From Scyliorhinus canicula (taxonomy: Eukaryota): a DNA stretch of 64,000 nucleotides. Every line of letters begins with the position of its first letter. Within the stretch, counting starts at the first letter, position 1. The DNA lies in assembly GCF_902713615.1 (NCBI RefSeq), contig NW_024055487.1, forward strand, positions 267,500 to 331,499, written 5' to 3'. A program made the position numbers and the translations under genes. Shown one piece after another: positions 24,568 through 37,076 of this stretch. The notes beneath the pieces were generated by a model that saw nothing but the letters and a program-made list of their open reading frames with translations, did not search any database and was not told where the DNA came from.

Positions 24568-24999
24568 TCATGTTAAAGACTATTAATATATTTAGATGTC
24601 GACAGAATCTGAAATCATATTTGTTTACAAAGATGTTACAGCCACACTATTTCATGCTCCTGAACAAAATAAACTATTTGCAAGACAATTTTATACTCCA
24701 GCTTTCGGAATTAACAGGAGGTACATATGAAATAGCAGGCAAAGAGTGGTCGAACAAACCACACTGCACGTTCAATGGCAGATGTAACAATTTTTTAAAA
24801 ATGCTTATATTACAGTTTTTTATATCATACATTGTACAATGGACAAGGTTATGTGATGCGATTACAATATACAAGGACTTTACACCCACCCGCACCCACT
24901 CCTTGACCACCTCTGGCCCCTGTTTTTGTTGTTTAGAGATACTTTATTCGATCAGATAACGTAAAATAGGTGAAAGTCATCTATTTACATCAATGCAGC

Positions 25000-25790
25000 T
25001 CTTTCCCCTTCGCCTTCTCTTCTCCCACTTTTTAGATTGGCCCCGCTCCCCCTACCCCCGCCCCCATCCTTCGTCTCTATTTTGGTGTTTCTTTGGGAGT
25101 TCTTTTCTTTGTGGCCTTGCTCTAGGCCCCCGATTATCCGTTCTGGTGTTGCTCCAGCCTCCCCTCCTCTCTCCCTAACCTCCCTCCAAATCTCGTCCCC
25201 TCCCTATTTGTTCTCTGTTGTCTCGTTCGTTCGGTCCGCCCCCCCCCCCACAAACACACACACACATGCACAAACTTACCCTCCCCGCGCTCTTTTGGCT
25301 GTTGGCTTCGTAAAGATGTTGGAACGCGTGGTGAATTGTCTCCTCGTTTTTTGGAAGCCCTCCTCCTACCCTCAAATGGCAAATTTTATTTAATCCAGGT
25401 GGAGAAATTACGACACGTCTGCCACCCAGTCTGCTGTTGTGAGTCATGCTGTTGATCTTCAGCTGAGCAGGATTCCTCGGCGGACGATTAGGGAAGCAAA
25501 GGCAAGGGGGTCGACCCCTTTCCCTATGAATAGTTCTGGCTGGTTCGATACACCGAAGACTGCCATTCACCGGGCACGCGTCCACCCTCACAACCTTGGA
25601 CATTGCCTCAATGAAGGCTGTCCAAAATCCGTCAAGTCTGGGGCATGCCCACAACATGTGGGTGTGGTTGGCTGCGGCTCCCTGGTGCCGTTCACATTTG
25701 TCCTCCACCTCCTTATTGTGGTTCTTGTCAGGTGCGATCTGTGCACTACTTTCAGTTGCATGAGGTTTAGCCTTGCATAAGCGAAGTTGG
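25000..25790 (-). mobile_element. L1/Tx1-like ORF2 C-terminal fragment
   Basis: ORF 25175..25822 contains CERHQGAAANHTHMLWACPRLDGFW; similar sequence on the plus strand at about 39110-39780. Confidence 0.65.
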
Positions 25791-25849
25791 CCCTGTTCAG
25801 AGCTTCGGTCCAGAGTCTCCACTCGATTTCTGGTTTAGCTGACTCGGCT

Positions 25850-26145
25850 AAACTGTGGGTTCACCGCGCCAGGATCCCAGGTTCCATTCCTCGCTGGGTC
25901 ACTCTCTGTGCGGAGTCTGCACATCCTCCCCGTGTGTGCGTGGGTTTCCACCGGGTGCTCCGGTTTCCTCCCACAGACCAAAGACGTGCAGTGTAGGTGG
26001 ATTGGGCAAGCTAAATTACCCTTAGTGACCACAAAGGTTAGAAGGTTTATTGGGTTACGGGGATAGGCTGGAAGTGAGGGCTTAAGTGGGTTGCTGCAGT
26101 CTCGATGGCCGACTGGCCTCCTTCTGCAATGTATGTTCTATGTCC
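25850..26145 (+). mobile_element. HE1-like SINE
   Basis: Typical body and tail. Confidence 0.8.
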
Positions 26146-26147
26146 AG

Positions 26148-26316
26148 ACCAGGTTAAAGTCCAACTGCTTTGTTTCAAACACTTGCTTTTGGAGAGCAGC
26201 TCCTTGGAGCAGTGCTCCGAAGGCTAGTGTTTGAAATAAACCTGTTGGACTTTAACCTGGTGTTGTAAGACTTCTTACTGTGCTCACCCCAGTCCAACAC
26301 CGGCTTCTCCATATCG
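26148..26316. mobile_element. Hairpin element built from the Penelope terminal sequence
   Basis: accaggttaaagtccaac...gttggactttaacctggt hairpin (26148-26261); 26208-26316 matches the reverse complement of 62083 to about 62195. Confidence 0.85.
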
Positions 26317-26764
26317 ATGTTCCAGTGTTTGTTCCCGTTGGCAGCTGCAGCCTCTCTGTCAGTTCCGCTAAGATCGCTCGCCTGTCCTCTGTGTAGAAGT
26401 CCCCAACGGTCCCTGAGGAGATGGAAACAAGGCAGATCCCATGGATGCTCAGTTATTTTAGGCAGATGGTATCAGAGGGTTTTGAGCAGGCAGAGCATCC
26501 CGGAATTATGTCCAGTAAGTTCGTACGTTCATGGAGATGGTAGCAGAGTGAATGTGTCGATAGTTCAGTTGGCTGGCTGGCTGGTCGTGAAGCACACAGC
26601 GTGAGTTCAATTCCTGTGATTCATGCCCTCTCAACCTTGTCCCTCTGCTGAAGTGCATAGAACATAGAACATTACAGCGCAGTACAGGCCCTTCGGCCCA
26701 CGATGTTGCGCCGTCCTGTGAAACCCCTCCAAAGTCCCTCTACACTATTCTGTTATCGTCCATA

Positions 26765-27570
26765 TGTGTAGTGCAAATCTAAAGAGCTGGTCATCGACTT
26801 CAGGAAGCAAAGTACTGTAGACACCCCTGTCAGCGTCAACGGGGCCGAGGTGGAGATGGTTAGCAGTTTCAAATTCCTAGGGGTGCACATCACCAAAAAT
26901 CTATCCTGGTCCACTCACGTCGACGCTATCACCAAGAAAGCACAACAGCACCTATACTTCCTCAGGAAACTAAGGGAATTCGGCATGTCCACATTAATCC
27001 TTACCAACTTTTACAGATGCACTATAGAAAGCATCCTATCGGGCTGCATCACAGCCTGGTATGGCAACTGCTCGGCCCAGGACCGCAAGGAACTTCAGAG
27101 AGTCGTGAATACCGCCCAGTCCATCACACGAACCTGCCTCCCATCCATGGACTCCATCTACACCTCCCGCCGCCGGGGGAAAGCGGGCAGCATAATCAAG
27201 GATCCCTCCCACCCGGCTTACTCACTTTTCCAACTTCTTCCATCGGGCAGGAGATACAGAAGTCTGAGAACACGCACGAACAGGCTCAAAAACAGCTTCT
27301 TCCCCACTGTCACCAGACTCCTAAATGACCCTCTTATTGACTGACCTCATTAACACTACACCCTGTATGCTTCAACCGATGCCAATGCTTATGTAGTTAC
27401 ATTGTATATCTTGTGTTGCCCTATTATGTATTCTCATGTATTTTCTAGAATTTTGTTTAATTCCCTTTTCTTCCATGTACTGAATGATCTGCTGAGCTGC
27501 TTGCAGCAAAATACTTTTCACTGTATCTCGGTAAACGTGACAATAAACAAATCCAGTCCAATCCAAACTC
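26765..27570 (+). mobile_element. Rex1/Babar-like LINE RT C-terminus and 3' UTR
   Basis: ORF 26850..27344 FKFLGVHIT..LSW...KKAQQHLYFLRKL...SGRRYRSLRTRTNRLKNSFFP. Confidence 0.8.
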
Positions 27571-27689
27571 TCAGCTAAAATCACCATGAATCAGCTCTCT
27601 CGCAAAACGAAAGAGCAGCCATGGCCCTCGGGAACTTTTGTTACCTTTGATCGGAGGGAATTGAGCATCAAGAGAGGCACCCTGGAGTG

Positions 27690-29070
27690 AGTGCAGGGGG
27701 ATGGTGTCAGAGGGAATGTAGCCGGGAGAGAAGATCCCTGGGGTGATATTCAGTGAGTTCAGGGGATGGTATCAAAGTGAATGGAGCAGGGAGAGAGGAT
27801 CCCTGGTGTGATGATCAGCGAGTTCAGCGGGATGGTATCAGAGGGAATGGAGCAGGGAGAGAGGATCCCTGGTGTGATGATCAGCGAGTTCAGCGGGATG
27901 GTATCAGAGGGAATGGAGCAGGGAGAGAGGATTCCTGGTATGATGATCAGCGAGTTCAGCGGGATGGTATCAGAGGGAATGGAACAGGGAGAGAGGATCC
28001 CTGGAGTGATGGTCAGAGAGTTCAGGGGGATGATATCGGAGGGAATGGAGCAGGGAGAGAGGATCCCTGGGGTGATGTTCAGTGAGTTCAGGGGGATGAT
28101 AGCAGAGTGAATGGAGCAGGGCGAGAGGATCCCTGGTGTGATGTTCAGTGAGTTCAGGAGGATGGTATCAGAGAGAATGGAGCAGGGAGAGAGGATCCCT
28201 GGTGTGATGATCAGTGAGTTCAGGAGGATGGTATCAGAGGGAATGGAGCCGGGAGAGAGGATCCCTGGTGTGATGATCAGTGAGTTCAGGAGGATGGTAT
28301 CAGAGGGAATGGAGCAGGGAGAGAGGGTCCCTGGGGTGATGATCATTGAGTTCAGGAGGATGGTATCAGAGGGAATGGAGCCGGGAGAGAGGATCCCTGG
28401 TGTGATGATCAGTGAGTTCAGGGGGATGGTATCAGAAGGAATGGAGCCGGGAGAGAGGATCCCTGGGGTGATGTTCAGTGAGTTCAGGGCAATGGTATCA
28501 GAGGGAATGGAGCAGGGAGAGAGGATACCTGGGGTGATGCTCAGTGAGTTCAGGGCAATGGTATCAGAGGGAATGATCAGGGAGAGAGGATCCCTGGGTG
28601 ATGTTCAGTGAGTTCAGGATGATGGTATCACAGTGAATGGAGCAAGGAGAGAGGATATCTCGGGTCATGCTCAGTGAGTTCAGGGGGATGATAGCAGAGT
28701 GAATGGAGCCGGGAGAGAGGATCCCTGGGGTGTTCAGTGAGTTCAGCGGGATGATATCAGAGGGACTGAAGCCGGGAAAGTGGATCCCTGGGGTGATGTC
28801 CAGTGAGTTCAGCGGGATGATAGCAGAGTGAATGGAGCAGGGCGAGAGGCAGGAGAATGGGGATGAGAAAACATCAGCTATGATTGAATGGCGGAGCAGA
28901 CTTGCTGGGCCGAGTGGCCGAATTCTGCTCCTATGTCTTGTTGTTTTATGGTGTTATACCTGGGGTGATGTTCAGTGTGTTCAGCGGGATAGTATCAGGC
29001 AGAATGGCGCAGGGAGATGCCTGGCTGATACTCAATGAGTTCAGGGCGATGGTATCAGAGGGAATGGAGG
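27690..29070. repeat. 66-bp G-rich minisatellite, about 17-18 copies plus about 2 after a CR1-tail interruption at about 28850-28950
   Basis: Unit atggagcagggagagaggatccctggtgtgatgatcagcgagttcagcgggatggtatcagaggga (starts at 27781 and 27847). Confidence 0.95.
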
Positions 29071-30230
29071 TTATTATCGATCAATGCATCCTCGAAAATG
29101 GAGACAGTGTCAGTTTTAAATGGGCCAAAATGTAAAGTTTGAAGCAGTCAGTGATTTTGTTTGAACCAGAAAGTGCAGTTTGCGCATGTGCCAGGACAGG
29201 GCGATAAAGTGTCTATTTGTATGTTTCAAAGGGAATTTCGAGTTGATTCTCTCTATTGGATCGGCCATATTCTCTGGCCGTTTCTGCTCTCTAGTGTATC
29301 TTTTCGGCCCCAAACTCAAGTAATATTTGGAAATTCGTACTCGATTTTATGTTGTGTGCGATATACTTTCTAGCCTTTACGGCTCTCCCAAGGGTTTACG
29401 CCCTCTGTTCTGTCTGCCTTATATACATAGCCTGCCTTGGGATTATTTATTCGGTCAACATGGAGAATGTTAACCCGTGCTGCAGCGACCCTGGAAGTGT
29501 TTAATGAGACAGTGTGAAGGAAACGTTTCTTCTCCATTCACTGGCTTGATTCGGTGTCTGAAGAAGCAGAGCCCCCTCTCTTCAGAATTACCTGACATGT
29601 GACTGTGACTGACCAGAGTACGACTGAAATCACCTCGATTCTCCTCGCTCTGCAATGATTCTGTCTCCGGGGTACACGCAGGTGATGCAGTGATTCTTTC
29701 ACAACAGGGGAAATATTTGTCTGGGAAAGCGAAACACTGCAATAAGGGGAATGGGCCGTCGTCAGGGGACTTTGGAGAAAGGAGTTCAGAAAAGTCACAT
29801 TTGGTTCATTTTTCATTCAGGATTTATTGAAAAATTTGGAGAAAGTTTAACAGAAATGTTAATTTTCAAGTTAACAAAGAGCAAGATTACGATTGAGCGT
29901 GACATTGAGAAGAGAACACATCAGCTCTGAGCTGCCAAATGAATGTACAACAGACACCAGAAAGAGGGAACAGGAGCTCAAAATATAGGGAAGGCAATAA
30001 TTGAGAATAAGGAATTAAAAACGTTACTTATTTTCAAATGGAAATCAAACTACAGGACAATTATAATCGAAAATTGCAATACGTCCATATTATTTCGTAT
30101 TTTTCAAACAGAAAAATATTATAAAGTCACCAGAGGGCATTTCATGATTTCGTAACAGAGATCTTGATAAACAGCTGAATAAAATGTACGACATCCATAT
30201 CAATAAATACGACATCCAAAATTCAGCCGA

Positions 30231-30239
30231 TCACTTGAT
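30231..30239 (-). CDS. IGHM: IgM heavy chain TM2 exon (IK-stop)
   Basis: Minus strand tttctgtttttacag then ATC AAG TGA; phase 0 matches the TM1 donor. Confidence 0.8.
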   Translation of the reverse strand: MK

Positions 30240-30369
30240 CTGTAAAAACAGAAAAAACAATGAAGCAGATGTTTGTGATCTGGGACATTAATATTTTATA
30301 TATGAAAAGTTCAGTGAGTTGTCAAACTGCTTCGATCAGCTAAAGTGTGAGTGGATCGAATGCTCTCAC

Positions 30370-30488
30370 CTTCACTAGGGTGACTGCAGCGCTGTAGGAC
30401 ATGCTCAGGAAGAACAGGGTGATGAATGTGGAAGCGGTTGTCAAGATGTTACCATTATCATCCTCATAGTCTTCAGTCCGGATGCTGT
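30370..30488 (-). CDS. IGHM: IgM heavy chain TM1 exon
   Basis: DSIRTEDYEDDNGNILTTASTFITLFFLSMSYSAAVTLVK; ag/gt boundaries; conserved antigen-receptor TM residues. Confidence 0.9.
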
Positions 30489-31049
30489 CTATAGAATCGA
30501 AGGGGATATAGCCGAAAATTGTTAAATTGCACTTTCATTCAGGGTATCTTTCAGAATTATATATAAATATTATCCTTTATCTTTCTGAAGTAATTTTAGT
30601 AATTTACTTTTCATTGTACATTGTTAAATTCGCGATACTCAGAAACCGATCTCTGCATCAATCTCCACAGCCGTTCGTCCTTTACGTTGCTCAAACAGTC
30701 CGTGTCACAAAACACAGCCGCTTTTGTTCAATTTCAGTTTGTTTTAGAACAATTTGGTATAATTGGAGATTATTATGATTGATACTGAGGGACGTTCATT
30801 CAGCTTCTTATTTCGACACTGTGAATGTTGCCGCTAAGAACCCGGACGTCAGTTCCCATCTTATTTGTTTATTTGCGATGGAAACATTTGTTATGTCGTT
30901 TACTGCAGCCAATTTCTCAGTCAGAACATTGTTTCAGTGCGTCGTGGGATCATTATGGAATGGGGATATGTTTTGATTGGTATGCCCATTCAAACAGTTA
31001 CATTAGAAATAAACTGTCATCTTGTTGTTTCTTTTTGTGCTTAAGTAAC

Positions 31050-31870
31050 TCGTGATTTGCCTTTATCTGTTTGTCTCTCGCAATGTGTGTTTGAACATTA
31101 ATGTGAGTGTTGATGTGCAATGTGTTTTCATCTGTGATTGCCTGTATATTTTGTGATTCTATCAATGTGTATGTACGAATGAGTTATTTTTGTCTTAAAA
31201 CCTTTGTTTATTTACGAATAGTTGTGTTAATGCGTGCTTATGTGTTCATGCCTGCTAATATATGTAGTAATATGTTTATTTGTGCGCCATCTATCTATCA
31301 ATGTGTGTATGCACATGCGTGTGCATGTGTGTCTCCGTGAGTGCATTCATGTGTATATTAACGTGTTGATAGATTTATATGCCTATGTTTGTAAATGTGT
31401 TTATGTCCCCTTGTATGCTACTATGCATTTTAGTGTTCTTGAACATAGAACATAGAGTCCCTCCAATGCAGAAAGAGGCCATTTGGTCCTTTGAGTCTGT
31501 ACCGACCCTCAGAAAGGGCACTCTACACTCTGTGTTTGTGCGTCCATATAGGCCATTAATGTGCGTGTTCATGTGTTTATACATTTGTGTTAATGTGTAT
31601 GACAGTGGACGTCATTGTGTCTGCACGAATGTATCAGACAGCGTGTGCTAATGTATATTTTCATGGTTACATCTGTGTTTCGGTCCTTTTGTGATTCTGC
31701 TTCTCTTGCAAATAATATATTTGCTTTTGCGTCTGTTCGTACGCATGTGTGAATCTGCATGATGGTTATTACTGTGTGAGCGAGCGTGTGTTTGTCTGTG
31801 TGCGTGTGTGTATTTTATGCGGGTCTGCATGTGCTCGCATACGACAAACGCACTGTGTTAGCATATGAGG
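31050..31870. repeat. GT-rich low-complexity region with a SINE tail fragment
   Basis: Direct reading. Confidence 0.8.
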
Positions 31871-32160
31871 CAGCATGGTAGCACAGTGGTTCTCAGCACC
31901 AGGGTCCCAGGTTTGATTCCCGGCTTGGGTCACTGTCTGTGCGGAGTCTGCACGTGCTCCCCATGTCTGCGTGAGTTTCCTCCGGGTGCTCCAGTTACCT
32001 CCCACATGTCTCGAAAGACGTGCTGTTCGGTGAATTGGACATTCTGAATTCTCTCTGTCTCCGCGAGCAGGCGCCGGAATGTGGCAACTAGGGGATTTTT
32101 ACAGTAACTTCATTGCAGTGTTATTGTAAGCCTACTTGTGACAAGAAAGATTATTTTTTT
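31868..32160 (+). mobile_element. HE1-like SINE with the alternative (ggcgccggaatgtggcgactagggg) tail; similar copies at about 32490-32770 and 47240-47530
   Basis: Shared head and body, tail ends gtgacaataaagattatt. Confidence 0.8.
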
Positions 32161-32883
32161 AAAACAGTAAATGGGGCATTACACGTTTGAAAAATTGTGT
32201 TGTTTGAAGGTATATTTACACCATGGTTTGTCTGATGCAAGGTTACAACCTATGACCAGTAAGTAAGAAACGACTTGCATTGTTGAAAGCTGAGTCCTTA
32301 CATTAAAGACTCACTCCCTTCCGAATTCTCCGCTCGGGGAATGGGAGGGGAGAAATATTGAAACATTGAAAACAGGTGCATGAGGCGGCCACTCAGCCCT
32401 TCGATCCTGCACCACCATTCAATATGATCATGGCTGATGATGCAAATTCAGTATCCCACACCCGCTTTCTCGCCATTATCCTTGCATGTTAGCACAGTGG
32501 TTAGCACTGTTGCTTGCAGGTTCGATTCCCGCCTTGGGCCACTGTCTGTGAGAAGTCTGCACGTTTTCCCCGTGTGTGCATGGGTTTCCTCCGGGGGCCC
32601 CAGTTTGCTCCCGCAAGTCCCGAAAGACGTGCTTGTTAGTTAATTTGGACATTCTGAATTCTCCCTCTGTGTACCCAAACAGGCGCCGGAATGTAGCGAC
32701 TAGGGGCTTTTCACATCAACTTCACTGCAGTGTTAATGTAAGCCTACTTGTGACAATAAATATCATTATTATCCCTTTAGTCGCAAGGGCCACGTCCAGC
32801 TCCCTCTTGAATATATCCAAGGAACTGGCCCCAACAGCTTTCTGTGGTAGAGAATTCCACAAGTTCAGAACTTTCTGAGAGAA

Positions 32884-33061
32884 GCTGGATTCTCTGTCGG
32901 ACGGATGCTCCGTTTTGCTGGCAGCTTGGGGGGGGGGGGGGGTTTCCCGACGGCGTAGGACAGCACCACAATGGAAAACCCCATTGACCAGCCGGCGTAA
33001 CAAAGCATCCGGCCGGCGGGATGAAACAGAAATGTGACACGGCAGGGTGGATAATCCACCA
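32884..33061. mobile_element. Short MITE-like element inside a CR1 fragment
   Basis: Ends gctggattctc...gataatccacc, similar to the termini of 6010-6724. Confidence 0.55.
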
Positions 33062-33064
33062 TTC

Positions 33065-33740
33065 TTCCTCACCTCAACCCTGAATGGCGTCCTGCTTATT
33101 CTTAGGCTGCGACCCCTATTTCTGGACGTCCCCAACATTGGGAACTTTCTTCACGCATCTAGCCAGTCCAGTCCCATCAGGATATTATATGTTTCTTTGA
33201 CATTCCCTCTCATTCTTCTAACCTCCAGCGAGTACAAACCCAGTTGATCATGTCTTTTTTCATATGTCAGTCCTCCCACCCCGGTGATTACTCTGGTGAA
33301 CCTTCGCTGGACACCGTCAGTAGCAAGAATTTCCTACCTCAAACTGGACCAAAACTGCACACAATGTTCAAGGTGTGGTTTCACCAAGTCCTGTATAACT
33401 GCAGCAATACATTCCAACTCTTATACACAAATCCTCTCGCTATGAAGGCTAGCTTGCCATTAACTTTCCTCACCTGCTGTACCCGCGCCACAATCTTAGG
33501 CGACCATTCCACCATGACACCCAGGTCTCGTTGCAATTCTACTTTTCCTAAACTGCCACAATTCAGATAATAATTTGTCTTTCTGTTTTTTCCATCAAAG
33601 CGGATAACCTCACATTTAACCACATTATATTGCATTTGCCAAGTGGTTTCTCACTCATCCAGCCTGTCCAAGTAACCATGAAGCCTCTCTTGACAGCACA
33701 CACTGCCAGCAAACTTAGTATTCTTTGCAAATCTTGAAAT
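33065..33740 (-). mobile_element. Degenerate CR1 RT fragment
   Basis: MQYNVVKCEVIRF...LAFIARGFVYKS. Confidence 0.8.
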
Positions 33741-34279
33741 ATTGCCTGCAATTCCTTCGTCAAAACAATTAATGAATATTGGGCAGTGTGGTAGCACAAG
33801 TGGATCGCACCGTGGTCCCAGGTTCGATACCCCGCGGGGTCACTGTCTGTGCAGAGTCTGCAGGTTTTCCCCATGTCTGCTTAGGTTTCCTCCGAATGCT
33901 CCGATTTCCTCCCACAGTCCAAAGGTGGATTGACCATTCTATATTGCCCTTAGTCAACAAAAAGGTTAGGAGGGATTATTAGGCTACGGGACAGGGTAGA
34001 CGTGAGGGTTTAAGTGGGTCGGTGCAGACTCGATGGGCAAAATAGTCTCCTTCTGCACTGTATGTTCTATGTATTCTGAACAGCTGGGGGTCCCAGCACT
34101 GAAACCTGCGGTAAATAACCTGTGAGTTCATTGTTTCTTTCTCCCTGCTGGGTTCAGCAGTTTCCTTTTCGATTCGCGGCTTTGAGGAGATGGCCATACA
34201 ATCAGCTGCCTAATGCACTTTCTCCTCTCTTTCTTTGTGACGTGCAGCAAAATAGTTTCAGGCTTTGCTCTTCAGTTTT

Positions 34280-35560
34280 CTCTGTTGGGGAAGTGGTGTA
34301 CGATGGATTAGCTAATACCCCTCCCCTCCCTCTGTTGGGGAAGTGGGGTACAGTGGATTAATTTATGCCCTCCCACGCTCTTTTTTGGGGAAGTGGGGAT
34401 ACAGTGGATTAACTAATGCCCCTCCACTCTCTGTATTGGTGAAGTGTGCGTATGGTAGATTAACAAATGCCCTTCCCTATCTCGTTGTTGGGGAGTGGCG
34501 GTCTAGTAGATTAACAAATTTCCCTCCGGTTCTCTTAGTTGGGGAAGTATAGTGGATTAACTATTGCCCCTCCACCTCTCTTTGTAGTGGTGTGCGGGTA
34601 CTATAGCTATAGATTAAGTAATGCCAATCCCCCTTTCTTTGTAGGGGATATGGCGGATCACTGGCTTCTCTAATGCCCCTCCCCCTCTCTATACTGGGGA
34701 GTGTGGGTCCAGTAGATTAGCAAACGCCCTCCCCCTCAATTTGTTGGGGAATTAACTACATTAAATACAGTGAATGAACTGGTGCCCCTCCTCGAGCTCT
34801 GTTGAGGAAGTTGTGGTACAGTGGTTTAAGCATTTACCCTCCAATTTGTTTGTTGTGGAAGCGGAGATACAGTGCAAAGCTAATGGCCTTCACCGATATA
34901 TTTTGTGGAAATGGAATTACAGTGAGTTAACTAAAGCCCCTCATCCTCCCTTTGTTGGGGTACAGTGGGGGTAAGTGGAATCACTAATATCCCTCGCCTC
35001 TCTATGTTGGGAAAGTGGGGTTACAGTGGATTAACTAATGCTAATCCCCAGCTCATTGCTGGTGACGTGGGGTAAAGCACAACTAAAAATGCCCCTCCCA
35101 CGCGCTTCTGGGGAAGTGGGCTATATTTGGTTAAATAATCCCCTTCCACTATCTTTTTTGGTGAAGGGGGCACAATGGATTGTCTAGTTATCCTGCCCGT
35201 CTCTGTGTCGGGGTAATGGCGGATCAATGGGTTAACTAATGGCCCTCCCCAGCTCTTTGTTGGGGAAGCGCGGGTACAGTGGATTAGCTAATGTTCCTCC
35301 TCCCTGTATTTGTTGGGTGAATGGGGGGACCGTCGATTAACTAATGCCCAACATCTTTCTTGGGGAAATGTGGTTACAATGCATAAAGTAATACCCCTCC
35401 CCATCTCTTTGTTGGGGAAGCGCAGATTTGTGAGGCAAGCGGGTTACTACGGAGTAGGTAATGTCCCTCTCCCTCTCTTTGTTGGAAAAGTGGGGAGCAG
35501 TGCATTAACAATTCCCCTTTCCCCTCTCTTTGACGGTGGATTGATGGTCCATGTTTCTGT
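34280..35560. repeat. Degenerate ~50-bp minisatellite in the CH4-TM1 intron
   Basis: Recurring ggggaagtggggtacagtggattaactaatgcccctccc about every 50 bp. Confidence 0.85.
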
Positions 35561-35594
35561 TTGATCCTCAATTCAATTCCAGTGGGTGTGATGC

Positions 35595-37076
35595 AACATA
35601 GAACATAGAACATAGAACGATACAGCGCAGTACAGGCCCTTCGGCCCTCGATGTTGCACCGACATGGAAAAAATCTAAAGGCCATCTAACCTACACTATG
35701 CCCTTATCATCCATATGCTTATCTAATAAATTTTTAAATGCCCTCAATGTTGGCGTGTTCACTACTGTTGCAGGTAGGGCATTCCACGGCCTCACCACTC
35801 TTTGCGTAAAAAACCCACCTCTGACCTCTGTCCTATATCTATTACCCCTCAATTTAAGGCTATGTCCCCTCGTGCTAGCCACCTCCATCCGTGGGAGAAG
35901 GCTCTCGCTGTCCACCCTATCTAACCCTCTGATCATTTTGTATGCCTCTATTAAGTCACCTCTTAACCTTCTTCTCTCTAATGAAAACAACCTCAAGTCC
36001 ATCAGCCTTTCCTCATAAGATTTTCCCTCCATACCAGGCAACATCCTGGTAAATCTCCTCTGCACCCGTTCCAACGCTTCCACGTCCTTCCTATAATGAG
36101 GCGACCAGAACTGTACGCAATACTCCAAATGCGGCCGTACTAGAGTTTTGTACAACTGCAACATGACCTCATGGCTCCGGAACTCAATCCCTCTACCAAT
36201 AAAGGCCAACACACCATAGGCCTTCTTCACAACCCTATCAACCTGGGTGGCAACTTTCAGGGATCTATGTACATGGACACCGAGATCCCTCTGCTCATCC
36301 ACACTACCAAGAATTTTACCATTAGCCAAATATTCCGCATTCCTGTTATTCTTTCCAAAGTGAATCACCTCACACTTCTCCACATTAAACTCCATTTGCC
36401 ACCTCTCAGCCCAGCTCTGCAGCTTATCTATGTCCCTCTGTAACCTGCAACATCCTTCCGCACTGTCTACAACTCCACCGACTTTAGTGTCGTCTGCAAA
36501 TTTACTCACCCATCCTTCTGCGCCCTCCTCTAGGTCATTTATAAAAATGACAAACAGCAACGGCCCCAGAACAGATCCTTGTGGTACGCCACTCGTAACT
36601 GAACTCCATTCTGAACATTTCCCATCAACTACCGCTCTCTGTCTTCTTTCAACTAGCCAATTTCTGATCCACATCTCTAAATCACCCTCAATCCCCAGCC
36701 TCCGTATTTTCTGCAATAGCCGACCGTGGGGAACCTTATCAAACGCTTTACTGAAATCCATATACACCACATCAACTGCTCTACCCTCGTCTACCTGTTC
36801 AGTCACCTTCTCAAAGAACTCGATAAGGTTTGTGAGGCATGACCTACCCTTCACAAAACCATGCTGACTGTCCCTAATCATATTATTCCTATCTAGATGA
36901 TTATAAATCGTATCTTTTATAATCCTCTCCAAGACTTTACCCACCACAGACGTTAGGCTCACCGGCCTATAGTTACCGGGGTTATCTCTACTCCCCTTCT
37001 TGAACAAAGGGACCACATTTGCTATCCTCCAGTCCTCTGGCACTATTCCTGTAGCCAATGATGACCTAAAAATCAA
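35595..37076 (-). mobile_element. Young 5'-truncated CR1 LINE, uninterrupted RT domain (461 aa)
   Basis: ORF 35691..37076 with QHGF, KAFDKVPH, PQGSVLGP, KFADDTK; (agaacat)n tail. Confidence 0.95.

Noticed and set aside
27753-28611. Long repetitive ORFs on both strands (MEQGERIPGV..., MIITPGILSP...)
   Set aside because: Produced by a 66-bp unit divisible by three; no splice or domain support
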